A stretch of 64,000 bases of DNA from Octopus sinensis (taxonomy: Eukaryota): the NCBI RefSeq assembly GCF_006345805.1, contig NC_042998.1, forward strand, positions 162,998,001-163,062,000, written 5' to 3'. Shown in pieces: positions 1-13,741 of the stretch. A program made the translations under genes and the position numbers. The notes under the pieces are model-generated. The model saw only the letters and a list, made by a program, of their open reading frames with translations, had not been told where the DNA came from and did not search any database. Each line of letters starts with the position of its first letter. Within the stretch, counting starts at the first letter, position 1.

Positions 1-300
1 TGGTTAATAATTTAATTAGAAGACCTCAAAGATGGTTAATATTTATATTAGATGACCTGACTGGATAACTAATAAGTTAATTATAGTCAACTAATTAGTT
101 GACTGACAGATTAATTAGATTAACTAAATGGACAATTAATAGCTTAATTACATGACCTGACTGAACATGTAATAGCTTCATTATATGACCTAATTGGAAG
201 GATAATAGTTTAATGTGAAGACCTAACTGAATGGATAATGGTTTAATTAGGTAATCTAACTGGATGGTTAATGACTTTATCAGTTACCTGTGATGTTAAC
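1..300. repeat. Degenerate ~33-bp minisatellite
   Basis: Recurring unit approx. taatagtttaattagatgacctaactggatg, seen about 7-8 times with heavy divergence. Confidence 0.6.
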
Positions 301-719
301 TAGTTGATGACGCTAATCGCTAGTAACTATGCTTGAATCATTTATTGTTAAGCATGATCTCTTGATCCAGGTGAAGAGGCGGAGAAAGCTTTTCCAGTTG
401 TGGTTTTGGAGAATTCGTTAGTGTAACAATTGATTATTTGACTGTCTTAACCTACTAATTAACTACCTCCCTCATGTTTGCTCTGTCATCTTGCTTGCAC
501 TAATCAATTGTCACATCGCCTTCTGAATGGCTCTCAATGTTGCACGTTGGTTCAATATCTGTTATTGATTTCTATTGATATACTTTACTTTCCAGACACA
601 TGCAGCAACAACAACAAAAGCAACAACAATCACACAAACACTAATATTATCATTGTCGCAGTCAGTATCCTCATCATCAATTATGGGTTATCAACCCCTT
701 CATACTCTCTTTTTCTTTA

Positions 720-1042
720 TACATGTTTATGTGTGTGTGTATATATATACAGAGAGAGAAAGGGAGATAGAGAGCTACATACATGTATGTCTATACATGT
801 GTTTATATATATGTATATATATATATGTGTGTGTATATATATATACATATATATATATATATACATGTGTATATGTATATATATATATATGCATGTATAT
901 ATGTATATATATATATATGTATGTATATATGTGTATATATATATATGTGTGTATATATGTATATATATATATATGTATATATATATATGTTTGTGTATAT
1001 ACATATATATATGTGTGTGTATATAAATGTATGTATATATAT

Positions 1043-1076
<34 letters not shown>

Positions 1077-1081
1077 ATATA

Positions 1082-1112
<31 letters not shown>

Positions 1113-1414
1113 GCATGTATATATTGTATATATATATGCATGTATATATTGTATATATATGTATATGTATATATATATATGTATATATGTATATATATAT
1201 GTATATATGTATATATATATATGTAGGTATATATGTTTATATATATATATATGTATATATATGTGTATGTACATCTATATATATATATATGTGTATGCGT
1301 ATGTATATATGTATATATATGTGCATGTACATATATATATGTATATATATAAATGTATGCATATATGTATATATATGTATATGTATGTATGTATATATAT
1401 ATATATGTACATGC

Positions 1415-1450
<36 letters not shown>

Positions 1451-1505
1451 GTATATATGTATGTATATATATATATATGTATATGTATGATGTTTATAGA
1501 TATGT
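720..1505. repeat. Long compound (TA)n/(TATG)n/(TG)n microsatellite
   Basis: Directly visible; source of the Y/I/C/M-rich ORFs at 478-1531. Confidence 0.97.
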
Positions 1506-2327
1506 ATTAATGCCCATCCTAAGATAAACATAAAGAAAACATGCTAACATGTTTCGGAACCATAGCTGTTAATGTGATACCTCACAAGTGAAACTAGAGT
1601 AGAGACTTTCACTCTTACACGCACAAACAAACACACATACACACATGTACTTTAAATGAATGAATATATATATGAATCAGGGAAATGAATAGCTGTATCA
1701 GTAGCCAATTGCACTAAATGACTTGTGGTATTTAGTTACATGTCTATGAGTTCTGAGTTCAGATCCCTCAGGGGTTACCGTTAGCTTTCATCTCTCCATG
1801 GTTGAAAGAAATGAATATGAGACAAGTACTGGGTTTGATTTAATCGACTGTGCCCTTCCCCTACAAATTTGTGGCTCTCCGCCTGAATTAGAAATAAATC
1901 TATTTAAAATTATAGAAACACCCCCATGTCTTTGATTAACACATGAAGGAGCTAGCATGTAGTCAGAAGTAGTATGTTAAGAATTTAAGTATATATTGTG
2001 TAGCAGAAAAGCAATCAGATGAGTTAGTTATGGTTGGATTGTCTTTGGTCATAGGCCAGTTTGATCAAACATAGATCTAGTTGGTAATACAGTCATAGTT
2101 CTGTGTTGGAGTACTAACAACTAGGTAGGTCATGATTTCAAACCCCAATGTAGCTGTATTATAATCCCAATTAGGTAACATTGTTCAGTTGCTGAAAATT
2201 TAGCTTTGATGACTGCTGTCAAGATTAAATAATATTTGCTCCTAAGATGTAGTTCAGCAAAACAAATCAATAGAATAAGTGTCAGGCTTTAAAAATTAAG
2301 GACTGGGATCGATTCTTTTGACCAAAA

Positions 2328-2737
2328 GGTGCAGGAGTGGCTGTGTGGTAAGTAGCTTGCTTGCCAACCACATGGTTCTGGGTTCAGTCCCACTGTGTGG
2401 CACCTTGGACAAGTGTCTTCAACTATAGCCTCAGGCCGACCAAAGCCTTGTTAGTGGATTTGGTAGACAGAAACTGAAAGAAGCCCGTCGTATATATATA
2501 TGTATATATATATGTATGTGTGTGTCTGTGTCTGTGTGTCTGTGTTTGTCCCCCCAACATCGCTTGACAACCGATGCTGGTGTGTTTATGTCCCCGTAAC
2601 TTAGCACTTTGGCAAAAGAGACCGATAGAATAAGTACTAGGCTTACAAAGAATTAGTCCTGGGGTCGATTTGCTCAACTAAAGGCGGTGCTCCAGCATGG
2701 CTGTAGTCAAACGACTGAAACGAGTAAAAGAGTAAAA
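2328..2737 (+). mobile_element. tRNA-derived SINE family A (~410 bp, internal TA/TG microsatellite)
   Basis: Head ggagtggctgtgtggtaag..ggttcagtccc (A/B-box-like), body gcaccttggacaagtgtcttc, tail gactgaaacgagtaaaagagtaaaa; at least 10 similar copies in the window. Confidence 0.9.
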
Positions 2738-4199
2738 ATCTTCATAGCAGCAGCCTAATGAAAGACACAAGTAAAAGACACACACATACACACATGTTAC
2801 TGTATTGACCAGACTATCAGATGTTGTTATACATCTTTGAATTTAAAAGACTTTACTTCCCACTGACATGGTTCCAGGTTCAATCTCACAGCATGGCACC
2901 TTGGGCAAGTGTTTTCTACTGGAACTTCAAGCTGACCAAATCCTTGAGTGGATTTGTTAGACAGTAACTGAAAGAAGCTTGTTGTATATTTGTGTGCATG
3001 TGTGTGTGTGTGTGTGTTTGTGTTTGCTTCTCACCATCACTTGCCAACTGATGTTGGTGTATTTACGTCCCCATGACTTAGTGGTTCAGCAAAAGAAACC
3101 AGTAGAATAAGTACCAGGCTTTAAAAAATAAGTACTGGGATCGATTCATTTGACTAAAAGTCTCACGACAGACACAAGTAAAAGATACATATGCATGTAC
3201 ATGCATGCAAACGCATTACTGTATTAACCCTCAAATGTTGTTATACACTGCTGATCACAATGTACTTTCTCACATTGTTGTTGCTTTCGAATGATGCCAC
3301 CCCACTGGTTAGGTGGACAAGCCAGCATTCCCACTGAACAGAATGCCAGTCCATTTAGGATTATCCATTTAAAGCTGAGTGAACTGGAGGAACATGCAAT
3401 GAAATATGCTCAAGAACACAACGCATCGCCCAGTCCAGGGATCAAAACCACAATCTTACAATCATGAGTCCAGCACCCTAATCAAATGGAACCATGCACC
3501 TTCACTTTACAATGATATACTACTATCTATTGAGTTAACAGTAAATATTATTAGACACTGAGCAGATGAATGGCTAAGTTCAACCAGTTCAGTTAGCAAA
3601 CTACTGCTTTCATCTGTCATCATGGTAGGTGTAGATGATATATTTTAGGTAGCAAAAGACCAATACGACTAAAACTCAAGCCACATGTTCATGTTGCATC
3701 ACTCGATTTGGACATCTAGCATGGAAGAGTTGCATTGATCTGGGTAAGTCTCGTGGGTGGAGAATGATGGTCCTTATCCAAAACTCTTCTTGTGAAACCC
3801 TTGAAATTTAAGGAAAAAATGCACTGCAATCAACAATATTGGTATCAGTATCATCATGATTGTTAATAAACTAGTTCTGCTTTGTGACTACTCCCACTGT
3901 GTTGTAAGGGTCAGTACTATCTGTTATTTAACATCTCAATAAGGAATTTGAATAAACATAGGGTGTAGAACAAGCTTCAAACTAGTCAACCTCTTTATCT
4001 TACATTATATTAATTAGTATATAAGGCCTTACTTATCTGGATTACATTGGGATGATGGTCTTTCTAGTTCCCACTGTATGAAGGGTTACAGCATGAATAA
4101 GTTAGAAAAAACTAAACAGATATGTTCAAAGAGCATAACGGGAAAAATCACCATCACAACTAACTTAAGAATAGTTCAGTAGGAGCACCCTTCACAAAA

Positions 4200-4500
4200 T
4201 AGAAAAGGGATATTGTGTGTTTCAACACTCCAAATAGCAATGGTGTAAAAGCTAACATGGCTATAACATTTCTATCATTATTAGATAAGTATTTTACAGT
4301 TACATAAATTCAACAAATAGCTGTCTAGAGCTGCTTGGATAACACCTTACAGATTATATAACACAACTGAAAGCATACTACTAGCCAATCTCCAACTCTG
4401 GTCCACACCAACAGCTAACTTTTATCTGTAGAAGTACACTGAACTACCCACTATATGGTTAATGCCTTCTTAAGACTAATATACAGAGCCACAAATGATG
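4200..4500 (+). mobile_element. Ancient Penelope-like element fragment (RT C-terminus/Cys linker upstream of GIY-YIG)
   Basis: Translates as RDIVCFNTPNSNGVKANMAITFLSLLDKYF..SCLDN..CRSTLNYPLYG*CL..IYRAT, resembling the PLE motifs RNIIWFNPPYS..FLxLIDKHF..SYSCMxN..CNCR..CPLxGxCL..IYxAT; stops and frameshifts present. Confidence 0.6.
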
Positions 4501-5130
4501 TTTTCCTGTGACATTATACTGGACTTAGATAGTTGAAAGCAGATTAAACTAGCATATTATCACATTTCTTAAAATGACAGAGTTGAGAATGATTTTGCGT
4601 TTTGAGGCTCACTAGACACAGCAGTCTCAGATATTGGTTTCAAATTTTGGCACAAGGCCAGCAGTCCCAAAGACGGGTAAATTGGTTACATCAACCCCAG
4701 TGTTCAACTGGTACTTATTTTATCAATCCTATAAGAATGAAAGCCAAACTCAACCTTAACAGAATTTGAACTCAAAATGTATAGATGGACAAAATGCTAC
4801 TAAGTGTTTTGCCTGGTATGCTAATGATTCTGCCTGCTTGCTGTCTTTCAGCAGCCTCAGATGTAAACAAGAGAAGCTTGTGGTAGTGCTTAAAATTAAA
4901 AGCCATCACCTTAACTGAAGAACCACAGTTAATGAACTGAAGAGACAAAACTCATAGAAAATCCCCCCCCCCACCGCCCAAAAAAAGAAAAATATTAAAA
5001 CTAGTGTAAATTCTAGCTGTCTCCTCTTGAAGCACATCTGCTTATTCCATTAGCAAATGAAACATGTGTAATAATGAATAAATGATACCAAAACATTTCC
5101 AATTTCCTGTTTTGTTATACATACATACAT

Positions 5131-5203
<73 letters not shown>

Positions 5204-5307
5204 ATGGTGAAGGCCAGTTTATGAGATTACCTTAGGTTTCCCATCCATAAAGGGTTTAACTTTGTGGCATATCCTCAAATCCCAAAACCTATTGGGCCAT
5301 GACCTCT

Positions 5308-6576
5308 TTGGGTCATCCTACAAGTAATGCGGTCTTTCTATACGTCTTTTATTTTTCAGAATTAAGATAAACAAAGTTCTTTTCCAATCTAAAATACACT
5401 CTCCTTCATTTTCTACACTGCTCTTCCATCTATCTGGTAGACATGCAATGCCCCTCTTCCAAAATTCACTTGTCTATGAGGAAAGATACTTCTTCAGTAC
5501 TGTTCTGACCTTGTCTACAGAATTCATATTTTTTCCATCAACTGCAGAATAAATGATGATCATATGAGGCGATGTCCAATAAATATGGTGGGTGGGGCAT
5601 CGTTTCCCATTCAAACTGCTCCAGCCTTTGGAATGTCATCCTCACTGTATGTAGCCGAATATTATCCTGTTAAAAGAACACCTTTTCTCTTGAAACCAAA
5701 GATGATTGTTTTTCTTCTAGTACTGACTTAAACCACTCAAGCAGCTCACAGTAGATCACCTTTGTTATCATTTGGTTTGGGTTTACAAGTTTAAAGTGGA
5801 GTAAACCTTTCATATCCCACCAAACAGTTAACAACACCTTACATGGGTGAAGACTTTATTTAGCCTGGGGTGCCGGTGTTTCTCCTTTCCCTACTCACTG
5901 TTTTCAGTGCTTGACATTTTTATAGGGAACCCATTTCTTTTCACCAGTCACTATTTGGTCCAAAAAGTTTCATTTATAAGACGTGACAGAAAATGAGAGC
6001 ACACATTCACTATCTACGTATGATTGGACTCGGAAAATTGGTGAGGAACCTATTGACCCAATTTACTAACTTTTCTGATGGCATGCAGGTATCGATGAAT
6101 GGTTGAATGACCAAATCCAAGCTACTCTGTTAGTTCCTCATCAGTTACAATGGGATTTTGTTCCACTAAGGCTTGCAGAACATTCTTGTTGTGCTCTATA
6201 GATCTTTCAGGACAAGGCTCATCTTCAAGGCTGTAGTTTTCAGTTTGGAATTTCTGGAACCACCGTTGACACTGGCTTATGCTTATTGTCTGATCTCCAT
6301 ATATTGCATTAATAATCCTCACACTTCCCATTGCATTATTGCCTTAATTGAACTCATAAAGCAAAATATGCCGAATATGCTCCTTTGTCACTTCCATTAG
6401 AGCTTTGAAAATATAACTCTTAAAATCGAAATGCACTCTTCAAAACTTGTACTAAGAATAAGGACAAGGTAAAATTACTACCTGCTTTTATAGCAAGTTG
6501 ATGCAGGTAATTTATCCCATTCCTCTATCGACTTTTCATGCAATTGAAAAAATCACATTGTTTATAGGATGACCCA

Positions 6577-6579
<3 letters not shown>
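5308..6579 (-). mobile_element. Full-length (~1.27 kb) degenerate mariner (DD34D, Mos1/Hsmar1-like) transposon
   Basis: TIRs ttgggtcatcctacaagtaatgcgg / cacattgtttataggatgacccaa; HTH in ORF 6122-6331; DQIVTGEKKWVPYK; HPCKVLLTVWWDMKG; QDNIRLH; HPPYLLDIASYDHH; multiple stops. Confidence 0.93.
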
Positions 6580-6615
<36 letters not shown>

Positions 6616-6617
<2 letters not shown>

Positions 6618-6988
6618 CTTTTATTCTTTTACTCGTTTCAGTCATTTGACTGCAGCCATGCTGGAGCTCCAACTTAAGAGGTTCTAGTTGAACAAATTGA
6701 CCCCAGGACTTATTCTTTGGTCTTTTTTACAAAATCGCTAAGTTATAGGGACATAAACACACCAACACTGGTTGTCAAGTGATAGTGGCAGGGGACAAAC
6801 ACACAAATATAAATACATATATAGATATGTTGAGCTTCTTTCAGTTTCCGTCTATCAAATCCACTGAAGGCTTTGGTTGGCCTGAGACTATAGTAGAAGA
6901 CACTTTCCCAAGGTGCTATGCAGTGGAACTGAACTCAGAACCTTGTGGTTGGGAAGCAAGCTTCTTACCAAACAGCCATGCCTGCACC
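6616..6988 (-). mobile_element. SINE family A copy
   Basis: Reverse complement of the 2328-2737 consensus. Confidence 0.88.
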
Positions 6989-7044
6989 TATACATATATA
7001 TATATACACACACATACATATATATATATACATATATACACACA

Positions 7045-7720
7045 CACACACACACACAAGGAATACAAAAAATGGAACATGAACGCAAAACATCCAGACA
7101 AATGATACAAAAAAGGGACAAGAAAAAGCACGAATGAGTCATTTGAAGTTTTCTTTCCTCAGTCAAGTTCCAGATTATCTTTGCAATTTTGGCTGGTTAT
7201 ACTCGAGATTGCTCCAATCTGGCCAGCCCCAAGAAAAAACTAAGGTAAGAGCATTAGATTCTTTGGAAGAAAGCAACGAATGTATACAAAAGCAAGGACA
7301 AGAAAAAACGGAGTAATGGTACACAAATGCAAGTAACAGGACATAACAACAGATGTCTTTCGACTAAAGATGAAGTAAATTAAGCTTGTGTGTGTGAAGG
7401 TGAAGCCTTCCAGCAGGGACGTAAGAGATTACAGGCATGGGGAGGAATAAGATATTGCACGGATGGTAGACAAATCAAGAAAGAAAGGTCAGGCTTGGCT
7501 GAACACCAATCACAAGGGGAGAGAGAAGAGAAGTAGAGGCAGATGGACAGAAGAATTAGGAAGGGACGAGAAAAAAAGGGAGAGAGTGAAGTGAAAGAGG
7601 AGGGAAGGTGAGAATGAAGAGAAAGACAGGAAATGTGAGAGAGGAGAATGAAAGAAAGAAGAGTGGAAAAACAACGTAAGTGTGAAGGGGCTGATAGAAA
7701 GAAAGAAAGAAAGAAAGAAA
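7045..7720 (-). mobile_element. Probable PLE 3'/terminal-repeat fragment
   Basis: Strongly pyrimidine-rich minus strand like the PLE at 62.4 kb, flanked by (CA)/(TA) repeats; no clean protein motif. Confidence 0.35.
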
Positions 7721-7825
7721 GAATAAGCAAGTCATACAAAATTTATATATATATATATATATAAATTTTGTATGACTTATATATGTACTTACATATGAGA
7801 CCAATGTGTATGTACGCTGCCATAC

Positions 7826-7864
<39 letters not shown>

Positions 7865-7865
7865 G

Positions 7866-8052
7866 TCGCCATGATAGATTGGTAGCCACTACACACATTT
7901 TTTTTCTCTCCTCGTTTCTTTTTGTGTTCCTTTCTGTAGAAGAGCATAGGCTTGAAACGTAAAAGACTTTTTCAATTCCTAAGCATTATACTAATACATC
8001 TGTTTGTTTTGTACACCACCTGTCTACGTATTTTGTTTTTTTCATGAATTCT

Positions 8053-8055
<3 letters not shown>
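7866..8055 (+). mobile_element. PLE pseudo-LTR-like short element inserted in (TA)n, carrying a minimal hammerhead
   Basis: Second copy on the minus strand at ~58720-58884; both abut TA repeats; HHR at 7930-7965. Confidence 0.7.
7930..7965 (+). ncRNA. Minimal type I hammerhead ribozyme with variant core CUGUAGA
   Basis: CTTT-CTGTAGA-A-GAGC(ATAG)GCTT-GAAA-CG-TA-AAAG: stems I and II pair, GUA cleavage triplet. Confidence 0.7.
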
Positions 8056-8093
<38 letters not shown>

Positions 8094-8646
8094 TATATAG
8101 TTGTTATATGAACATATTTCAGGTGAAACATGAAGAGAAAGAATAACTCTATGAACCCAAAATCTAGAGAGGAACCACTTTGATGATAATGATGAAGATG
8201 CTAATGATTGTAAGTAGTGGTAGTGGGAGGATGAAGACACCATTGGCAGGAAGGGTTACAATGTGGTTCATGATAAAAATGCTGGTGATAATCGATGACT
8301 GCAATTGTGATGATGACGTCAATGAGGATGCTGATGAAGACTTACAGATGAATGATTCAATTACACTTTAGAATAGTTCCAGAAATATTCATTGTTTTTC
8401 TTGTTTTTATTTTACCTCCACTACCTAAACATACACTCTCTCTTTCTCTCTCTCACACAAACAAACACACTCTCTTGAGCATATACACACATATGTATGC
8501 AGGAAATCTGTGTGAACAAGTGTATTTCGCATTTACAAATGAATGCAAAATGGTTAAAGCAGTGAGTTGTGACTCTGTACTGCTATACTGGCATAGATAT
8601 GAAGGAATTGGAAAATATTTACAGCCAAAGATATATATATATATAT

Positions 8647-8692
<46 letters not shown>

Positions 8693-9732
8693 ACATGCAC
8701 ACACATGTATATGTACTTCACAGAAATGTTTGAGTATTGAAGATAGAAACATGTTTCTTCCGAAATTCCATGATTGATGGAAATTCAAAATTCTGCCTAA
8801 GTCAGCCAAATTATTTATGAGATGTTGTCAACTTTATGAAAAAAGAATTTTCCATCTATACTGGCTGCGAGGAATTTCTGGACTTTACAATTGGCTGATT
8901 TAACTTAAGTGTGGCCATAAAGAACTGGAAATAACAGTAAAATGGCAGATAGTTTTGCCGGCCACTTCATTTCTTTGCTTGTCTTTTACTGATTCCCAGT
9001 CAAGTTTGTTTGATATGGTTATTATCAAAAATAATCCAACAATTTTATGTGTCTTCTAGTTCTGTTTTTCTGTGTCATTTTTTGTTGTTGTGTAGAAGTT
9101 GTTTTGATGGTGATGGTGGTAGTATGTTGTTTTTGGTGGTTGTGGTGGTGGTGATAGCGGCATTCTTGTTAGTTTTCTGATGTTCTTGTTTGTTTTAGTT
9201 CTTGCAAGTTAAGTTCCTTCACTGTTTCAGTGATGTGTTATGTACCAGTATGCTATCCCCCCCTCTCATTTTTTGTGTAGTTGGAACCGGTGACGGTTAT
9301 TATTTTTAGGATTATATTACTTGTATTCTTCTTTTATTTCTTTCATTTTTTATGGGAGAGGTTGTGGAGAGAACTAGTTAAATCCTTCATTCAGAACATT
9401 TCTCAGGTACATCTTAGATTATATATCATTTTTGTATACAAGCCTATTCAAGCAAATTAAGCTGTTTAAACAAAGAATATTCTTACTGGTTATTTATAAA
9501 AGCAGTATAATTGTCTTGCACACACTTCGGTAGAATACAAGCCATGACTTCCAGTTTTTTTCTTGTTCCTAATTCTTGTCAATTTTGTTTAATCAAAGAT
9601 TCATTTCTCAATAAAAGCAAAATTTAATCCATTTTTTCTCTCTCTAACCCTTCACTTGTATAAAGCATTTTCATAAATTTGTTCTTAATATCTATGCTTA
9701 TTTGCAGGCTTTTACTTAGCCCCTGTTTCATA

Positions 9733-10980
9733 AGAGGGTGAGCTATAAAGTTCATAGGCTGACTATGAATGAACTGTGAAATCTTGCATGCTTTAATTTT
9801 AACTCTTCATATAACTCTATTGTTTCTTTCCTGGTAAATTGACATCTGATTGTTCAAAGAAGACTTCAAAAATAACAGTGACTTATCTTGAAAATGAACA
9901 ATATTTGGCTTTGTGGTGTTATCAGGTATCTGCAGGAAAATGGTTTAGTCCCCAAGGACATTCATACTGACATGGTTGTTACATTAGAGGATGACACTCC
10001 AGCTTTATCAACAGTGCAAAAGCTTGGCAGTGAAAGTTAGGAGAAGAAGGGAGAGCCTTGAAGCTGACCAAACATCTGGATGTCCTGAAACTGCTACTAC
10101 CAAGGCAAAAAATTGTGTTCACCACATAGTGATGGATGACAGGCAATTGATTATAAATCAAATAGCCAATGCTGTGAGCATATCTCATGAAAGAGCTGAG
10201 AATATTCAGCACAATGAAGTTGACATGACAGTTTCTGCTTAGTGGGTGCCACATTTGATACCTAATCAAAAGACACAAGGTTAATCACATTATGGGAAAA
10301 TTTGACATCGTTTCAGGCAGATCTAGCTGGTTTCCTTGAAGGTTTCCTAACCCAAGATGAGGGTTGGATTCATCACTTTGATCCAGAGACAATGAGACAA
10401 TCCATGCAGTGGAAACACCCCTCCTCACTGGCTTCAAAGGAGGCCCAGGTCATTTCAACTGCAGGCATGGTGATAGTTTCAGTTTTTTGGGGGTATGAAA
10501 AAGACATTGTATTTATTGTCTTGAAAAGGGTCACACAATGAAGAGTACCATACCATCTTGTTGAGGCAGTTACAAAAGGCTGAAAAGATTAAATGTCCAG
10601 GAAAACTGATGAAAGAGGTTTTGTTTTATCAGGGCAATGCTCCAGCACATAAGTCCTTGGTTTCAATGGATGATGTGCATGAATATGGCTTTGAACTGGT
10701 TCATTAACTTTCCTATTCTCTTGATTTAGCCTCATCTGACTATCATTTGTTCCCCAACATGAAAAAACACTTGGTCCGGAATCAGTATCACAATGATGAC
10801 ATCAAATCTAGATTTTTCTGTGCAACAGGATGAAATCTCCTTCACTAATGGAACACAAACACTACAACATTAATGAAAGAAGTGTGTGAACCACAAAGAA
10901 GACTATATTGAAAAATAAACCTCATTTGGTCACATTCCATGAAAGTATCTTGGTCAACCTATAGACTTTTCATACTTTCT
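9733..10980 (+). mobile_element. Full-length degenerate mariner, irritans (Himar1-like) subfamily
   Basis: TIRs gagggtgagctataaagttcataggctgac / gtcaacctatagacttttcatactttc; TQDEGWIHHFDPET, SVFWG, QGNAPAHKS, SLDLASSDYHLFPNMKKHL; frameshifts and stops. Confidence 0.92.
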
Positions 10981-11213
10981 GGACTCTAATATTGAAAATA
11001 ATTGGGAATGTGTACCATATAAGCTGCTTAGATTCCAAAGAGGTAGATGCTATAAATGTAATATATGGAAGATCATCCCTGCTTCTATTGTATTTTAAAG
11101 TGTTTCTATGTAAATTTAAAACCTTTCATCATAATTGTTTGTATGAACATTTTATTATTTCCCAGATATCAGCTTATTAGGCACAAATATTTTCCCAAAT
11201 CCCTTCAAATTCT

Positions 11214-11436
11214 TTACTCTTTAGCATTCAAACCAGCCATATCCAGCCCAAGTATTCTTCTTGTTTTATGCTTAACCAGTCAGATCTGGATTCCCACACC
11301 AACCCTCTGTAATTCTAAAAATAAACAATTACATCATCAAAATCCCTAGGCTACAAGATAATACACAATTAATTCAAAACAATGTGAATGAATAAGTATT
11401 ATATTTGATAGAAAAATCTGAATGCTAAAGGGTTAA
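11214..11436 (-). mobile_element. piggyBac-like MITE (~220 bp, TTAA ends)
   Basis: Ends ctttagcatt...aatgctaaagggTTAA; same family at 45152-45372 and 49019-49235. Confidence 0.7.
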
Positions 11437-12738
11437 GCAAAAAAAATATTGAAGCAGACAGCAGCAGGCAGAAATATTAGAAATATGGTCGCAAAAAGGT
11501 TATGTAGCATTTAGTTAAATACCATGGTTTGGCAGAATCATTAGAATGCTAGAAAAATAGCCTTGCTGAATTTATTCCAAGCCTTTATAATTTGAGTTCA
11601 AGTCTTTCTCCATTCTTTCTAACAGTCACAAGGCTCCAGGAAGGGATCATATGTGCTACCTTTCCACCTCTGCCTAAGCCATAAGACAACTGAAATTTGA
11701 ATACACAATGCAAGAAAATGTAGCTCAAATCAGCAAACAAAGAATTCTGAAGATATCTACTCAGCTTGTTAGAATAGCAGCAAGATATTCCTAAAATCAT
11801 GTTGTACTAATTTTAAAAGAATGGATAGAGTGAATAATGTTGTTTTATCTATAAACTACGTTAGTGGTGAAAAAAAGATGACAGAATGGTCAAAGCTAGA
11901 CTATGTTTGATCGTAGTTCTGCTCCATCAAGGAAACCCAGACAATAAACAATGATGACAATAATAACATAACAAAACGCTGTGAGGCATTTAGTCTTGCA
12001 ATTTACTGTTTATGAACTGTTAATATTCAAATATTTAAATTAATTTCAAATTGTTTAATCTGTAATGTAGAAAATATTTCTAAACTAACAGAAAAAAAAT
12101 TGTTTTTAAAATGAATTACTTGCAACCATTTCACTCATTTTTAATGAAATGGCAAAAAACAAAATTTGAAATAAACATATAAATAAATATATATGTGTGC
12201 TTCAACCTACTAAAATTGTATGGAGTGCTTTTTCTTAAATTGTAAAGCCATTCACTTTGTGTCTGTGTGTTTGTGTGTGTGTTAGGTTGGTTCATAAATA
12301 ATTGCAGTTTTATTTTATGCTTCACAAGCATGAAAGAAAGCAGCAATGGACACACAGCTACCACCACCACCACCACCACCACCACCATACACTAAACCCA
12401 AACAATCTTTGAATATGCATGAACAAATTTAAAGAAAGGACAAACAGGAAAAATGCAAAACAGATACAGTTTCAGGCTCAGACATGATTTGACACCTGAA
12501 AGATGTAAATTTGCATGACATAAACAAGGGTATTGACAACAAAAGTAAAACAATGCAATCAATATGTGATATAAGCAATACTACTAACGGTGACTCCTTT
12601 GTTAGCATTACAGGCTAAAGCAGAATTTTGGACATTGGTTGAATCCTACCACAGAATGAAGCATAATTACTGTATGTCACAAAATGACATCTTACTTGAG
12701 AGATTTATCCAAGAATAGCAAGGGAGGAAGGTGATATA

Positions 12739-13741
12739 CAGTAATAACTCACTTTACAAGGACCCACTTTACGAGTTTTATATCAATATAAAAAGGTTAA
12801 AGCACAAAATCCAAATTTTGAACAAAGTGCAAAAGTTTCTGCTACCATAACAAATGCTTGTGTGTGTTACTGAGAAATTTATAGAGAGCAAAGAAAAGCT
12901 TCTTCTTAGCAAACAACTCTAGACTCGCTTCTTAAAAAGAAAACTACAAATCCGTTTATAAGTGCTTGAGAATTGGTGATCAGGTCTACAAGTGATAGTG
13001 TGCACAAGTCTAGTGCAAGTGAAAGTGATTCAGAAAACAATTATAATAATATTTTTTATTAAAAATGATGTTGACATTCCTTTTACTTTATATAAAATAT
13101 TCTTTATATTCTACTATTATTTTATTGCCCTTTATTTATGAGTATTATAAATTTTACGTCGTAGGAGTGGCTGTGCAAATAGGCATAGGAGTGGCTGTGT
13201 GGTAAGTAGCTTGCTTACCAACCACATGGTTCCGGGTTCAGTCCCATGGCGTGGCACCTTGGGCAAGTGTCTTCTACTATAGCCTCGGGCCAACCAAAAC
13301 CTTGTGAGTGGATTTGGTAGACGGAAACTGAAAGAAGCCCATCGTATATATGTATATATATATATAAATATATATATGTGTGTGTGTGTATATGTTTGTG
13401 TGTCTGTGTTTATCCCTCCAAGATCGCTTGATAACCGATGCTGGTGTGTCTATGTCCCCGTAACTTAGCGGTTCGGCAAAAGAGACTGATAGAATAAGTA
13501 CTAGGCTTATAAAAAATAAGTCCTGGGGGTGATTTGCTCAACTAAATCCAACGTGGTGCTCCAGCATGGCCACAGTCAAACGACTGAAACAAGTAAAAGA
13601 GAGTAAAAGAGAATATTTTTCTGGGAATGAATTACAATTTATAACATTGCTACTATGGGAAATTATTGTTCTATTTTACGAGTTTTTGCTTTACGAGCAG
13701 TCTCTGGAAACAAATTAACTCGTATATCAAGGCATTACCAT
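12739..13741 (+). mobile_element. Internally deleted Tigger/pogo transposon interrupted by a SINE
   Basis: TIR-like cagtaataactcactttacaag / ctcgtatatcaaggcattacca; C-terminal peptide FEQSAKVSATITNACVCY*EIYREQRKA..QTTLDSLLKK resembles Tigger transposase ends. Confidence 0.6.
13160..13611 (+). mobile_element. SINE family A copy with duplicated 5' head
   Basis: taggagtggctgtg occurs twice (~13162 and ~13186) before a complete body. Confidence 0.9.

Noticed and set aside
478-1531. Long ORFs (up to 242 aa) rich in Y/I/C/M/H/T
   Set aside because: Translations of TA/TG microsatellites; the same applies to ORFs at 30.7, 32.8, 36.3, 42.2, 47.7, 50.3, 58.5 and 62.0 kb.
1540-1575. CCGAAACATGTT-AGC (minus strand) as a hammerhead 3' half
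   Set aside because: No CUGANGA at the required position.
3653-3743. Candidate exon QKTNTTKTQATCSCCITRFGHLAWKSCIDL ending in GTAAGT
   Set aside because: Weak acceptor, unrecognised peptide, no partner exons.
7130-7420. Two possible hammerhead relics on the minus strand
   Set aside because: They need three or more corrections to the core and stems; not supportable from one copy.
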